64,000 nucleotides of DNA from Eledone cirrhosa (taxonomy: Eukaryota), in the NCBI GenBank assembly GCA_964016885.1, contig OZ024742.1:180110001-180174000 (forward strand), read 5' to 3'. The notes beneath the pieces were generated by a model. That model saw only the letters and a program-made list of their open reading frames with translations. It did not search any database and was not told where the DNA came from. Position numbers and translations under genes: made by a program. The stretch's first letter is position 1, and every line of letters begins with the position of its first letter. Of this stretch, positions 12,810 to 24,900 are shown piece after piece.

Positions 12810-13160
12810 GTCTACGCAGTAAAGTGGTTGTGTACAGCTAAAGCACCCTGCCGACACTGTAAAGTGGCTGTGTATGGCAAAAGTGCCCTGCCCACACTGT
12901 AAATTGGTCATGTAGGTGCTATGACAAAAAGAACCCAGTTCACACTGTAAAGTGGTCATTTTGGTGACTTGACAAAAAGCACCCAGTTCTCTCTGTAAAT
13001 GAGATTGTTGTTAGGAAGGGCATCCAGCTATAGAAACCAAGCTGAAATCAGTTCTCTATGTGCAAGACATGGTCACCTGACCTAGCATTGCCCACAACAG
13101 CACAACTCGTCTAATCCATGCTAGCAAGGGGAAATGGAAATAAAACGGTGATGATGATGA
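12810..13160 (+). mobile_element. RTE-related non-autonomous SINE with internal repeats of about 45-50 bp and a (GAT)n tail
   Basis: Repeated ...cacactgtaaa.tggtcat... units, then ttaggaagggcatccagc and a ccatgctagca...gatgatga tail. Confidence 0.7.
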
Positions 13161-13172
13161 AAATATATATAT

Positions 13173-13217
<45 letters not shown>

Positions 13218-13342
13218 TTTTAATATAGATGAGATTCTACAGGACTAGAACTGTTTCATTCTTTAGAAATCATAGTATATATATATATAGTATATATATA
13301 TATATATAGTATATATAGTATATATATATATATATATATATA

Positions 13343-13605
13343 TTAGTACGTTATTCCGGGTTGAATCGGAGGTAACCACAGGAAGTAAGGTACTCAATAC
13401 ATTGCAGAGTATAAAAGTTTTAATATAGATGAGATTCTACAGGACTAGAACTGTTTCATTCTTTAGAAATCATGATTTCTAAAGAATGAAACAGTTCTAG
13501 TCCTGTAGAATCTCATCTATATTAAAACTTTTATACTCTGCAATGTATTGAGTACCTTACTTACTGTGGTTACCTCCAATTCAACCCGCCGGAATAACGT
13601 ACTAA
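13343..13605. repeat. Spacer-less palindrome of about 263 bp made of HHR family A, flanked by (TA)n
   Basis: Centre is tca|tga at 13472/13473 and the arms are near-identical. An extra partial copy lies at 13211-13273. Confidence 0.95.
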
Positions 13606-13629
13606 TATATATATATATATATATATATA

Positions 13630-14530
13630 TACTAGCAGCATGAAATGTGAAATAACAACACGCATATGCAAAGATTGAGGAATGTAGCTCTGTACTTTTT
13701 GAATTCCCTTATTCTCAGGGAATGAGTGTTCATCTACTGGAAACGTAGAACACCAGTAGGCCGAATCCAATAGTAGCAGTGTCAGTGGGCTGATTGCGGA
13801 AATCCTGTGTGAAAACCAAGTAGGGATGTACATTTAAGTAGGGATATTGAGATGACGAAATCAGCGTGGCAACGCAGCTGCAGCAGAAGAGGGTCATAGT
13901 GCAATTAGCACAAATGCTGGGCAGCACTGATTGCACTGCGTTTACACAGCAACAAAGGTGTGACAAAAGGGGTCACCGCACAATTAGCACAACCGTTGTT
14001 TGGCGTACTTGGGCAGGGCATTTACACTGCGGTGTAGGTGCAACAAACGGGGTCTTAGTAGAAGTAGCACAGACGTGAGTTTTACGGTGTCAATAACACG
14101 GCAACATACACAGGGCCCGGATTTGTGGGTGATGAAAGCACGAAGTGTCAACAGGGCGGCGACAACATTTTTAAGGTCCTCCTCATTGCCTCAATCCCCA
14201 AAAATGGTCCTGCTTAAAAGTAAGTAAGTGTTGTGTCCTCTGTCAAATAAACCAAATTTTAAACAAAATATTATACGCTACTTACGATGTTTAAATAGCA
14301 TTTATATTGAAAATGAAAATCGCATGTAATGCCCAAAGCTAATTCATAAATTTCCTAGAAGTCATTAATGGAATCAGAATTTTTTTTTGTCCACAGCAAT
14401 GCGAGGAGACTAACTAATGTGTGCTGCAAATTTTAAGGAAATCGGTTGGATTATCTTTCAAAAAAGCCTAAAAATGCCTAAAAAAATGCGGTTTTTCACC
14501 TAATGCGGGCAATAGGACAGAAAAAGTTAA
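13630..14530 (-). mobile_element. Possible piggyBac-like DNA transposon, 5' portion
   Basis: Terminus TTAA-CTTTTTCTGTCC at 14530, GC-richer body, and a degenerate W....F....G segment resembling a piggyBac transposase N-terminus. Confidence 0.35.
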
Positions 14531-14574
14531 AATTTATTTATCCCATTGTACTTCAAGAAATATAAGTATGCATG

Positions 14575-14615
<41 letters not shown>

Positions 14616-15098
14616 CGAAAGGGAAAACAAGTGTGATGCATGCTGAAAATCTATGTTTGACATTATCGAGGCAGAGAAACAAAAATTAAACATTGTTTTA
14701 CCATAAATAAACATCTAACATTCAACTGATATAATCTATTTCACATAAAGCTGTCCTGAAAATGTAGATGAAGTATAAATAATGAGCAGACATATTTAGT
14801 AGTCTTCTCTGAATAAATGCTCTTAAGTACATCATTATTAAATATTTTTTCTATAGATAAAAGGTTAAATCAACTGAATCAACATAGGTAAAACACTGAA
14901 TGACAGTGTTTAGACATTAGACATTAAGCCTACTACTTACAATATTCAATCAGGATCTGAACAAATAAAACATCATGCTACATAACAACAACCTGTCACC
15001 TCACAGAGACACATGCAATGAAACTATCTGTGTATATATATATATATTATTACATAATAAACAACACAATGTTATATATATATATAACATTGTGTTGT

Positions 15099-15131
<33 letters not shown>

Positions 15132-15139
15132 ATGTATGT

Positions 15140-15480
15140 AAAAGTTAAACAGAAATAACACAGATGGCACAATATATGGAAGGAATATATTAGTTTAACG
15201 CTTGAAATAGCAGGAAGAGTGTCTTAACGTTTTGGACGGTAATCCTTCATCAGAAGAAAGAATGGAAATTAAAAAGATTGAGGGGACAGGCAGGGCAGAA
15301 TTGTAACAAATTTTTTTGAGAAAAATAACAGATCCATTTTTATTGTCATCTCTTGGAAAACTGTTGATGCTGGGGCTTTGTGTATGATATACTTCTTTTT
15401 AGAAAAGTGGATGATGGAGCGCATCTAACTGAAAAGGGGAAAAAAAATCATTTTGTATATAGAGCTATATGTGTGCACGT
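15140..15480 (-). mobile_element. Diverged solo pLTR of the Neptune PLE, with a mutated HHR (15222-15257; GAAA changed to AAAA)
   Basis: Colinear with 44825-45180. Confidence 0.85.
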
Positions 15481-15653
15481 GCATATATGCGTGTGTGTCT
15501 GTGCTTGTAAGTATGAAACTGTGAGCAAATGTATGTTAATATAAGATTGTGTGTGTGTGCGTATTTAGTTTGTTTGTATATATATCATCATCATCATTTA
15601 CGTCCAGTTTTTCCTGCTTGCAAGGGTGGGATGGGTCTTATTAAGATCTTAAT

Positions 15654-15933
<280 letters not shown>

Positions 15934-16044
15934 GAATATCAATAAAAATATCCGATTCATTTGCATTTATGCAAACAGCCTCTTTAAAGCCATGTCAGTA
16001 GAATGACCCCCCATCATTCTTGTGCTTGTGTTATATATACATCC

Positions 16045-16083
<39 letters not shown>

Positions 16084-16524
16084 AAATGTAGTCATCCTAA
16101 TTCTGTGGTATCAATGGAATGATTTGACTGGACCCAAGAATCCACACTCACAAGATCTTCACCTAATGACAAACTCTGTACCAACATTTTCGCATTGTGC
16201 AAAAATACCCATTGATATGTTGCATTTAACATTTTCTTGTTTGCAGAAACATTTATATCCACCAACACCACTAAAACTCTTAATGAATATATGTATGTGA
16301 AAACACCATATTCAGAAAAAGAATACCATAAAATATATATACAAATGTATATATTGTCATAAAAAAATGGGAGGTTATATCGATAGTTGGTAGAGCACTC
16401 AGTCCAAAGTTTAGTATAGAGTTAATTCCACAACAAATTAGCAAACCATTTTCGAGGATATGTGTTTCACTAGAGGGATTTTTCAACTATAACCATACAG
16501 GAGTTGAAAAATCCCTCTTGTGAA

Positions 16525-16566
<42 letters not shown>

Positions 16567-18435
16567 CACTTTTTTTTATTTGTTTTACAACATTCTGGAT
16601 ATGAAATCGTATGTTGTCACAGATATTGTTATACTTTTTTGGGGGTGTGGGTGGGGGTCATGTTGCTAATATAAGCACATACATCTGATACCTTTCTCTT
16701 TTTCACACATTCTGTGACCTTCTCAATTATTCTTATCTTGTTTTATTTACTCTTTATTCTGATCTTGTTTTATTTACTCCATCTTGTCATTTTGTTAAAC
16801 TTTAAAGCTGAGAGAGCTGATGTTTTTCTAGAGAATGAAAGAAAATAAGAGAGAGAGAATCAAATGTAGTAGAACAGTTTATATAGCTTTATGTATCATT
16901 GTTTACTGTATATCCTTGTGGTCCTCAACTACTTTTCTTTAGAACTATGTTGAAAAAACCTAAACAAAATGAACCATGTTACTGTGCTGTGATGAGAAAA
17001 ATTTGGCTAATGTTTTCAAAGAAGGAAAAAATTATTGAATAGGTATTGATTTCTCTTGTTTTAAGCATAATGCCAATTTAACAATAGAATGTTTAAACTA
17101 GATAGTGTAAATAGCATGATTTGAAGTCTAACAGATGCTTGTTTCTTGGAACTCCAGACTGATGACAAACGTTTTGTTACAATGAATGAAGTACCACTTT
17201 TGTGTGTCATTGTCATCATCACCATCATCCTTTTACATCAGTTTTTCCATGCTTGCATGGCTTGGACAGGTCTTTCCAGCACATGTTCCCTCCACCTACT
17301 GCTTTCCTTCATCATATCCTCTGTGAAGTTCAGCATTTTGAGATCTGCTCTCACCACTTCTGCTCAGGTGTTCCATGGAACTTATAACATCACATAGATG
17401 TGCCTTTATACAAATGTTAAGCTACTGAGTTGCCAAACTAGTCTATAGCTTAGAACAATACATGCATACATGCATACGTGGAATTTTTATATATCAAGAG
17501 AAATGAAAAAAAAAATGAAAATACAGATACATTTAAATTTGCTTATATAAGATTTAAAATCATAGCTGTTTGCGAATGTATCATTTATCTGATAGATATT
17601 AGGTATGGCGCTCTGGGATTAAGTTCTTTGATCATATCTAATATCACTGGATAAACTATTGAGACCAGAAGAATTCAATGTTTGGTGCAAATATTTTGAT
17701 ATTAATCCAATACTTGTAAGGAAATTATCTAAAATCTTTTTACCATTCATTTGTTATACTGCTCCATACTGAGGAAATGAAATCATATTTAACAAACCAT
17801 TCTTTAACTGTTAAACACGTGTTCAAAGCCCCAATGAAATATAGCTGCCTTAATATAATATTTGTTATCCAAAACACAACTTTATATTTAGCTTTGTAAA
17901 AGATAAGAACTTTTTTTTTTACGAAATAAAACCTTTTATCTGGAGACCTCTTCCTTGCAATAAACAAAGGCAGAAATATATTTCTAGAGATATAGGGATT
18001 GCTGCTTCTGTTTCTTGTTTTGTTTTGTTTTTAAGCCCAAACATAACATGATCTAGAATTGTGAAAAATACAGAAAAAAACTAGAATTATTTTTTTCCTT
18101 CCCATTTTTCATATATTGTTTACCTCTTATAATATATCAAAATTCTCCCTTCGTTTCAGATTGTGAGAAAAATGGGAAGATGAATAGCAATCCATTAACT
18201 GCTCAATGTGCTTCTAAAACCACAAAGAAGCACAAGACAACATACATACATATTCACACACACACATTCATGCATATATATATATATATATGTATACATA
18301 CTTGTAAATATACATACATGTAAATACATATGTTCATACATACATAGGTGCTCCTATGACTCCGTCAGCAGTTACAGGTCCAAACACACACATATGTGTT
18401 TGTATGTGCATGTGTGTCTTTTATGTTTACACGCA

Positions 18436-18508
<73 letters not shown>
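18436..18508. repeat. (CA)n microsatellite
   Basis: Direct reading. Confidence 0.95.
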
Positions 18509-18510
<2 letters not shown>

Positions 18511-19409
18511 GCACATATATAATAACAAAATGCTATGCCTCTTAAAACATAAGATTAAATTTCTTTTTACTTTCCATAAGGGAATATAACACTTCTAAAA
18601 ATCTCACTGATGGAGGATAAATTCAAAGCCACATACATATCAGAGAGTCAAATCTCTTTGTTTTGCAACTCAACATTACATTATATAAAATTATGGAGCT
18701 ATTTAGTATAATAATCCCTTCCTCTACAGCAGAGGTTCTCAAAGTTAGCGCTATCACCCTCACAGGAAAGGGAAAGGAATAAAAGAAAGAGAAAAACACA
18801 CAAGCAGGTAATAAACACATCTAAGACCACATAGAATAAAATGCATGTGAAAGTGGTGAACAAACAAGCTGCTACTAGAGCAAAAGATAACAATATAGCG
18901 AGGAGCACTTGGAAACCTCTCTAATAATTTTTGAAGCAACCCAGCATGCTCGCAGTGTCACCTCAGGTGATGGCGAGGCTGAGGTGTTGGAACACTCAAT
19001 TGCCCTCATGAGCATCACCAATTACCTCTGTTTGGTGAGCCGCCAGTGAAGATAAGAACCTCACAGTCAGTAGCCCGACTCACCCAAACATCTCGAACGC
19101 CACAGGCTGAAAAATGTAGTTAGCTTTCAGAACACGGTATTTTAGGATTTTGTTCTGTTCAGCTGCAGATGCTGTAGCTCTCTCTTACCGCTGCATCCAG
19201 GATATGGGAAGAAGCAAAGAGCCACTAACTGTGACATCCCAGATAAGGCACCTGCCTCTTGAGACGTGTGTGTGTGTGTCACCATTTTAAAGTTAGAGAC
19301 ATATATATGTGTGTACCCCCTTCCTTCCTTTTACACACACATATATTCACACAAACACACGCACACATTGTGTGATGGATGGATGGACAGAAGTCGCTCA
19401 AATTTAGAT

Positions 19410-20025
19410 ACATGTGAATGGAAGCAAGTAGAGAAGTTCAAGTATCTCAGGGGCGTGTTCATGAGTGATGGAAGCAGGAGGCTGAATTAAGTGCAAGAAT
19501 TGCAAAAGCTTATGCAGTAATACCCCAGCTTCAGCATTCAGTAATCAGAAGAAGGGAGGTAGGTGTAAAAGCCAACCTCGCTGTCTTGCTGGTATTCCTA
19601 GCAACCCTTACCAAGGGTCATGAGTCTTGGGTAAAGACCAAACGAATACAATCACAAATACAAGTGGCAGAAATTGGGTTCCTCTGAAGGGTCTTTGGAG
19701 TAACATTACTTGATAAAGTGCATAACTCAGAGATCAGAGAGTCACTCCTTCTCCAAATTGAGAGATCACAGCTCCGATACTATAGGCATGTGGTTAGAAT
19801 GTCCCAGGAAAGAATCGCTGGACAGATTTTACCGGCAAAACCAATCGGCAAGAGACCCAGAGTTAGACCCTGAGCAATATAGTTGGATAACATCGATGAG
19901 CTTGGCTGGTCACGTTTTGGGATCCAGCTGGATCAGTTAGAGATGTTTGCTTCTGACTGACTCACTGGAAGTAGTGTTTGAGAAGGACTCTGCCCCATGA
20001 CCCTCTCAGAAATAAGTGGGTGAAG
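19410..20025 (+). mobile_element. Rex3/Expander-like RTE LINE, 3' fragment
   Basis: KQVEKFKYLRGVFMSDG...GHESWVKTKRIQSQIQVAEIGFL...QLRYYRHVVRM. Confidence 0.75.
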
Positions 20026-21427
20026 AAGATATTGTCAATTTACTTTTCAGTTTACCTATATCTATATAGATATATATTTGCGTATAATACCAATATGCAC
20101 ATTACATACACTAGCAGAAAACTGCCTGAATTGAACCTGTCTTAAATTATACATCTCTTCGGAAAGTTCTTCTCTAAATATCCAGGATCATTTATAGTGG
20201 CTTGTTCATACTTGTGAGTTCACAACTGTTCTAAAAACTAATGCTTATTAAAATGCACTTTTGATGTATGTAATATTCCTTTCCTTTTTATTTGGTACTA
20301 ATGTGTTGTTAACCAAAGAGATTTAAGCAAACATTGTTATATTCCAAGCTTTGTTTAGAGTGATTATATGATATTCATCTTTTGAATTCCTGAATGAGGT
20401 TTAAACTGATGAGAATATAATCAGAAATTTTCCAGCTTAACCTGTCCATGATTATTGTATCATTTTATAACGAAACCAAAGTCAGATAAATTAGAATGTT
20501 GTACTGTCTGGAGTAGAAATTATTCAAATGCGATTGAACATTTTTATCATTAAATTACTACATGATGATGAATTGAAAAATACAAGAATAACATATAAAA
20601 TATTTAGTAGTTCTCTTGAGAATTCTGTGACAAAAAAGAAAGAACTTTCAATTGTTCCATAATAGCCAAGTTATACTAATTAATGCTGTTGTTCTTTTCT
20701 CAGACTTCAGTTTAAATTATTCTATCTTGTTTGTTGGTCATTTTCAATGAACAATATTGTTCTAAATTACCAATAAAGAAAGGTTATTATAGGTGAACGA
20801 TTCCAGGCAATTTTATTGCATTTCTTTTTTTTTTTTAAATCTGTTAACGATTGGTTGAGAGAGTCAAAGAGTGAATATCTGTACATTTTTATATTGATTG
20901 GCACAAAACCTATTTCTAAAAAGAAAATAGAATATTCAATTGAATAAATTCGAGTATATTACTGGTATTTCATTGGTTATGAAGATGCATTGCTTAATGG
21001 TTTGAGTGTTCACCTCCGGGGAAACAAATTCTCTATTCTGTCCGCTGGGGCCATGTGGCGGCCAACACGTGGGACCCCATTTGCTCATAATAGTGAGAGA
21101 TGGGGAGGGCAAGAGAGATGGAGGCAATGGCAGAGTTCGGCTCCTCTGTGTTCGGACTTGGTGTATGTGTATGTGCATGCTTACTGTATTAATCTATACA
21201 ATATAGGTTGTCGTTTTACATTGTTAGGTCATAAGTTTGATTCCTGGAGATGCATTGTATCCTTAAGCAAACCAAATTATTTCTGTTTGCACCAGTCCAC
21301 TCAGCTGGAAAAAATAAGTTGTATTTATAAATCAAAGGGCTATCACACTGAATCTTCCCCAAAATTATGTTGAGGGTATATATGTGTCTGTAACCCATGC
21401 TAGAGTGGAAAATGGACGTTAAAGGAA

Positions 21428-21460
<33 letters not shown>

Positions 21461-22320
21461 AATGCACAGCCACGTGGATGTTAATTTTGCTAGCAGGCTG
21501 TTTCATTTTTCAAGTAACTGGAACATTTGTTGTTAAAACCGACAGAAGTTCAACAACAACAACAATTTACTTGATTCATGGAGGATATGAGGTTGATCAT
21601 AAGGTTGCAGAATTGATTCTAGGACCAGGAACACATTATGTTCTTGAGCAAGGCTCTACATTTCCCATTCTCCCAGTTAATTCAGTTGAAAAACATGAGT
21701 ACCAGTATCAACTGAGGTTAACCTTGTGACTGCCTGGTGTACTCTGTTTTTTAATATATGAAACTAGAACAAGGTCTGGCCTTCATTCAGCATATGCCAG
21801 CATGGAAGAACTGGCATGGAGCTGATAAAAAAAGAATGGTAATGTTGATATTTAGGATTTGAATTTCATTTTATCAGTTATTTATATGGAAGCACAGTAC
21901 CTATTACCCTTTTCACTGCCTTTGAGACTGGTGGAAGAGATGGTATTCTCAAACTATGGTGCCAAGTGATGGCGTTAAACCAGAGGATGGATTGAGTTGG
22001 ATTTGAACTTAGAATGTACTGAGCTGGAACAAACACCACACAGTATCTCGTCAGATTCTCTGATTGAAACAGTCTACTGTATGGTGTGATTTGAACTCAG
22101 AATGCAGGGAGTCAGAATACATAATACAAGGTAATTTGTCTGACACTCTAACAATTGTGCCAATTCGTTGCCTATAAAATGTAGAGGGATGAAACTAAAC
22201 ACATCATTATTTAAGTACTTTTCTTTTCCCCAAACTGAACAGTCTGCGTTTTCTGATGTTAAAATTTGCTTACCAAATGACTATCATAATCACCATCAGA
22301 GATAAATGTTTGATAGTGAT

Positions 22321-23001
22321 TTAATCCTTTCATGACCGTATTTCTAATGATATACACCAGAGGTCCCAAACCTTTTTCCGTGAAAGGGCCACATTAATAT
22401 TCCAGATTTAGATGAGGGACGCATATTGAAATTATCCATACTGTTAAAGACGTTTCACATTTTTATAACAGCCATGCACTTAAAATTGCAGCGTTTTCAA
22501 TCAATACAGGTTAGACACCCACATTTTTTCCTGAGAAAGTCTTTTGAAGTCTGTCACATTATCTATTTGCTGAATGACATAGAGAAACACACACGCACAC
22601 ATGCGTTTTTTTGTCCTTTTTTAAGTTGCATTGCTTATATATTGATTTTTTTCCCACACAGACACAATATATGCACATATATATATATATACATATGAAG
22701 TGTGACAGACAGACAGAGAAACATGTCTGGTAAGTAAATTGTTTTTCTTAATATTCTCTGGGGAAATGGAGGAGGTTCATATGTCTGGGAATCCTCTGTG
22801 TCATTAAATAATGTAATTAAAAATTTTGAGGGATTTTCTAAAATTATAAATTGTTTTATTACTATAATAGTAACTTCACAAAATGATCTTATATGAAATT
22901 ATGTTGAAAGGTTTTCATTAAAATAGGAACTGTTTAAAATAGATGGTTTTGTTTTGTAGAACCAGAGGTGATTTTGAGCAGGTGGGTATCAAAAGGGTTA
23001 A
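22321..23001. mobile_element. TTAA MITE interrupted by a hAT-like element starting at 22358
   Basis: TTAATCCTTT...GGTATCAAAAGGGTTAA ends, with a CAGAGGTCCCAAACCTTTT hAT-type terminus inside. Confidence 0.55.
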
Positions 23002-23139
23002 AGATATGTTTGCTAGTTGGCACAGCACTTTGAAGTTAAGGATAGAAGTTATTTTCAAAGAATCTTTTGGAAAATCATGTTAGTTTTAAAGAAATATAGT
23101 CTTTTAAAATCATAAAATATGCTACCTAATATGTTTTCA

Positions 23140-23320
23140 TTAATCTTAGTATCGGTAGAGTGTTGGACGCCATGCTTTCTAACATAGTTACGTCCCTTTA
23201 CAGTCTGAGTTCAAATCCCGCCGAAGTTAACTTTGCCTTTCATCCTTACGGGGTCGATAAAATAAAATACCAGTAATGTAATGGGTAATTGCTGACCTTG
23301 TGCCTAAAGTAGAAACAATT
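23140..23320 (+). mobile_element. tRNA-derived SINE (agttcaaatccc...ctttgcctttcatcc...gataaaataa...taccagt family)
   Basis: B-box GTTCAAATCC. Related copies at about 2100-2180, 29655-29870, 57620-57750 and (minus) 59080-59160. Confidence 0.75.
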
Positions 23321-23959
23321 AATCTTCTTTACATTCAAGTTCTGAAATTTTAAAAGTTATTCTTGTGATTTATCAGTTACATTGGAGAAAATGCTTCATG
23401 TTTAAGTTAATTAGAATGTGTGCATTATATCTATATACATATATATATTGTAATGAGTTACTGCCTGACGAGTGAGCCCTTGCTGTCAAGGTGACAGCTC
23501 AGCCATCGGGCCGTAACTCATTATAATACCTACTCTCTACTTGAACATCTGAAACTACTTCACATTTTCTTATTCTCTCTCTCTCTCTATATATATATAT
23601 AAGGTCACCATTATCATCAGTTTACTTTTGCTTTCTCTGCTGGCATAGGTTGGACTGATTGGTATGTTTAAATCATTTACTATCAAAATTGCTGCTCTCC
23701 TAGAATAGGAAGCAGAAGTATCTCACTCATATATTGTGGTTTTGGTTGGATGCCCTTACTAATATTAATCACTTTCCAATATATGTATATGAGGTGATAA
23801 AAGCCGACCTTGCCCAATTGCACCTCTCAAAGATGATCACACATGACCGAGATCTCTGGTGATACGCAGTAATACAGAAGAACCAACTTTCCACGAGCAC
23901 AAGTCGAAGCATATATTCAGTATGTCCCACCCATACACCCCCATCAGGACAGGCCAAAG

Positions 23960-24900
23960 TAAATGCATCCACTGAAGCCCTCAGCCCACACTCAGCCCAC
24001 ACTGTAAACTGGTCATGTAGGTGTCACAACAAAAAGCACGCAGCCCACACTGTAAAGTGGTCATGTAGGCGTCACGATAAAAACACCCAGTATTCACTGT
24101 AAATGAGGTTCCCGTTAGGAAATGCATCCAGCTGTAGAAACCAAGCCAGAATCAGTCCTGTATGAGCAAGACATGGTCACCTGACCTAGCATTGCCCACA
24201 ACAGGACAACACATCTAACCAATTCAAGCATGGAAAATGGACATATAAGACGGAGGTGATGATGATATATGTATATATGTATAAATATAAATTTAGCGAG
24301 AATCGCATTTCGGCGGGTAGAAAAAACGAAACGTAACGCAAATTCCGAGTTATGCTGGCAAGCGCTTCATGTATATATGTATATATATATATATATATGC
24401 GTGTGTGTGTGTGTATGTTATGTTGGCACCACAAAACACCCAGCACACACTGTAAATATGGTTGGTCCTAGGAAAGGCCTCCAGCTGTACAAAACCAGCC
24501 AGAACTGTCCTGTATGAATGAGACATGGTCACCAAACCCAACTTGCCCCTAAATGGGACAAACCCGATTACCCATGATAGCGTGGAAGATGGACGCTAAA
24601 CGATGATGATGATGATGATATATATATAAAATTCAAGCACATTTTGCAGCATTAAGACCAGAAGCATGAAGTGTTCAGGATTGCGTGGCAGTGCGTTAGG
24701 GAAAATTGTGATGTCATTGGTGATGTCATTGGTCATGCTGATGAAGGCGCGCTTGCCCTCACAGACATTGAAAAGAAAGTAGCATGGAAGAGCCATTATG
24801 AAAGATTACTAAATGGGGAGAATGAGATTCTACCGCAAGTCAGTAGCAGTGTAGTAAAGCAATTAAGGATATGAAGACCGGGAAAGCAGCTGATCCATTG
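23960..24900 (+). mobile_element. Two RTE-related SINE copies followed by an RTE ORF fragment (24640-24900)
   Basis: (GAT)n tails; the translation VFRIAWQCVRENCDVIG...KKVAWKSHYERLLN matches the ORF at 36580. Confidence 0.7.

Noticed and set aside
12810-13020. CRISPR-like array of repeats of about 45-50 bp
   Set aside because: Degenerate tandem units with no unique spacers, inside a eukaryotic SINE, and no cas genes.
18140-18245. Possible host exon after the acceptor-like ttctcccttcgtttcag
   Set aside because: No clear donor, it runs into microsatellite, and the peptide is not recognisable.
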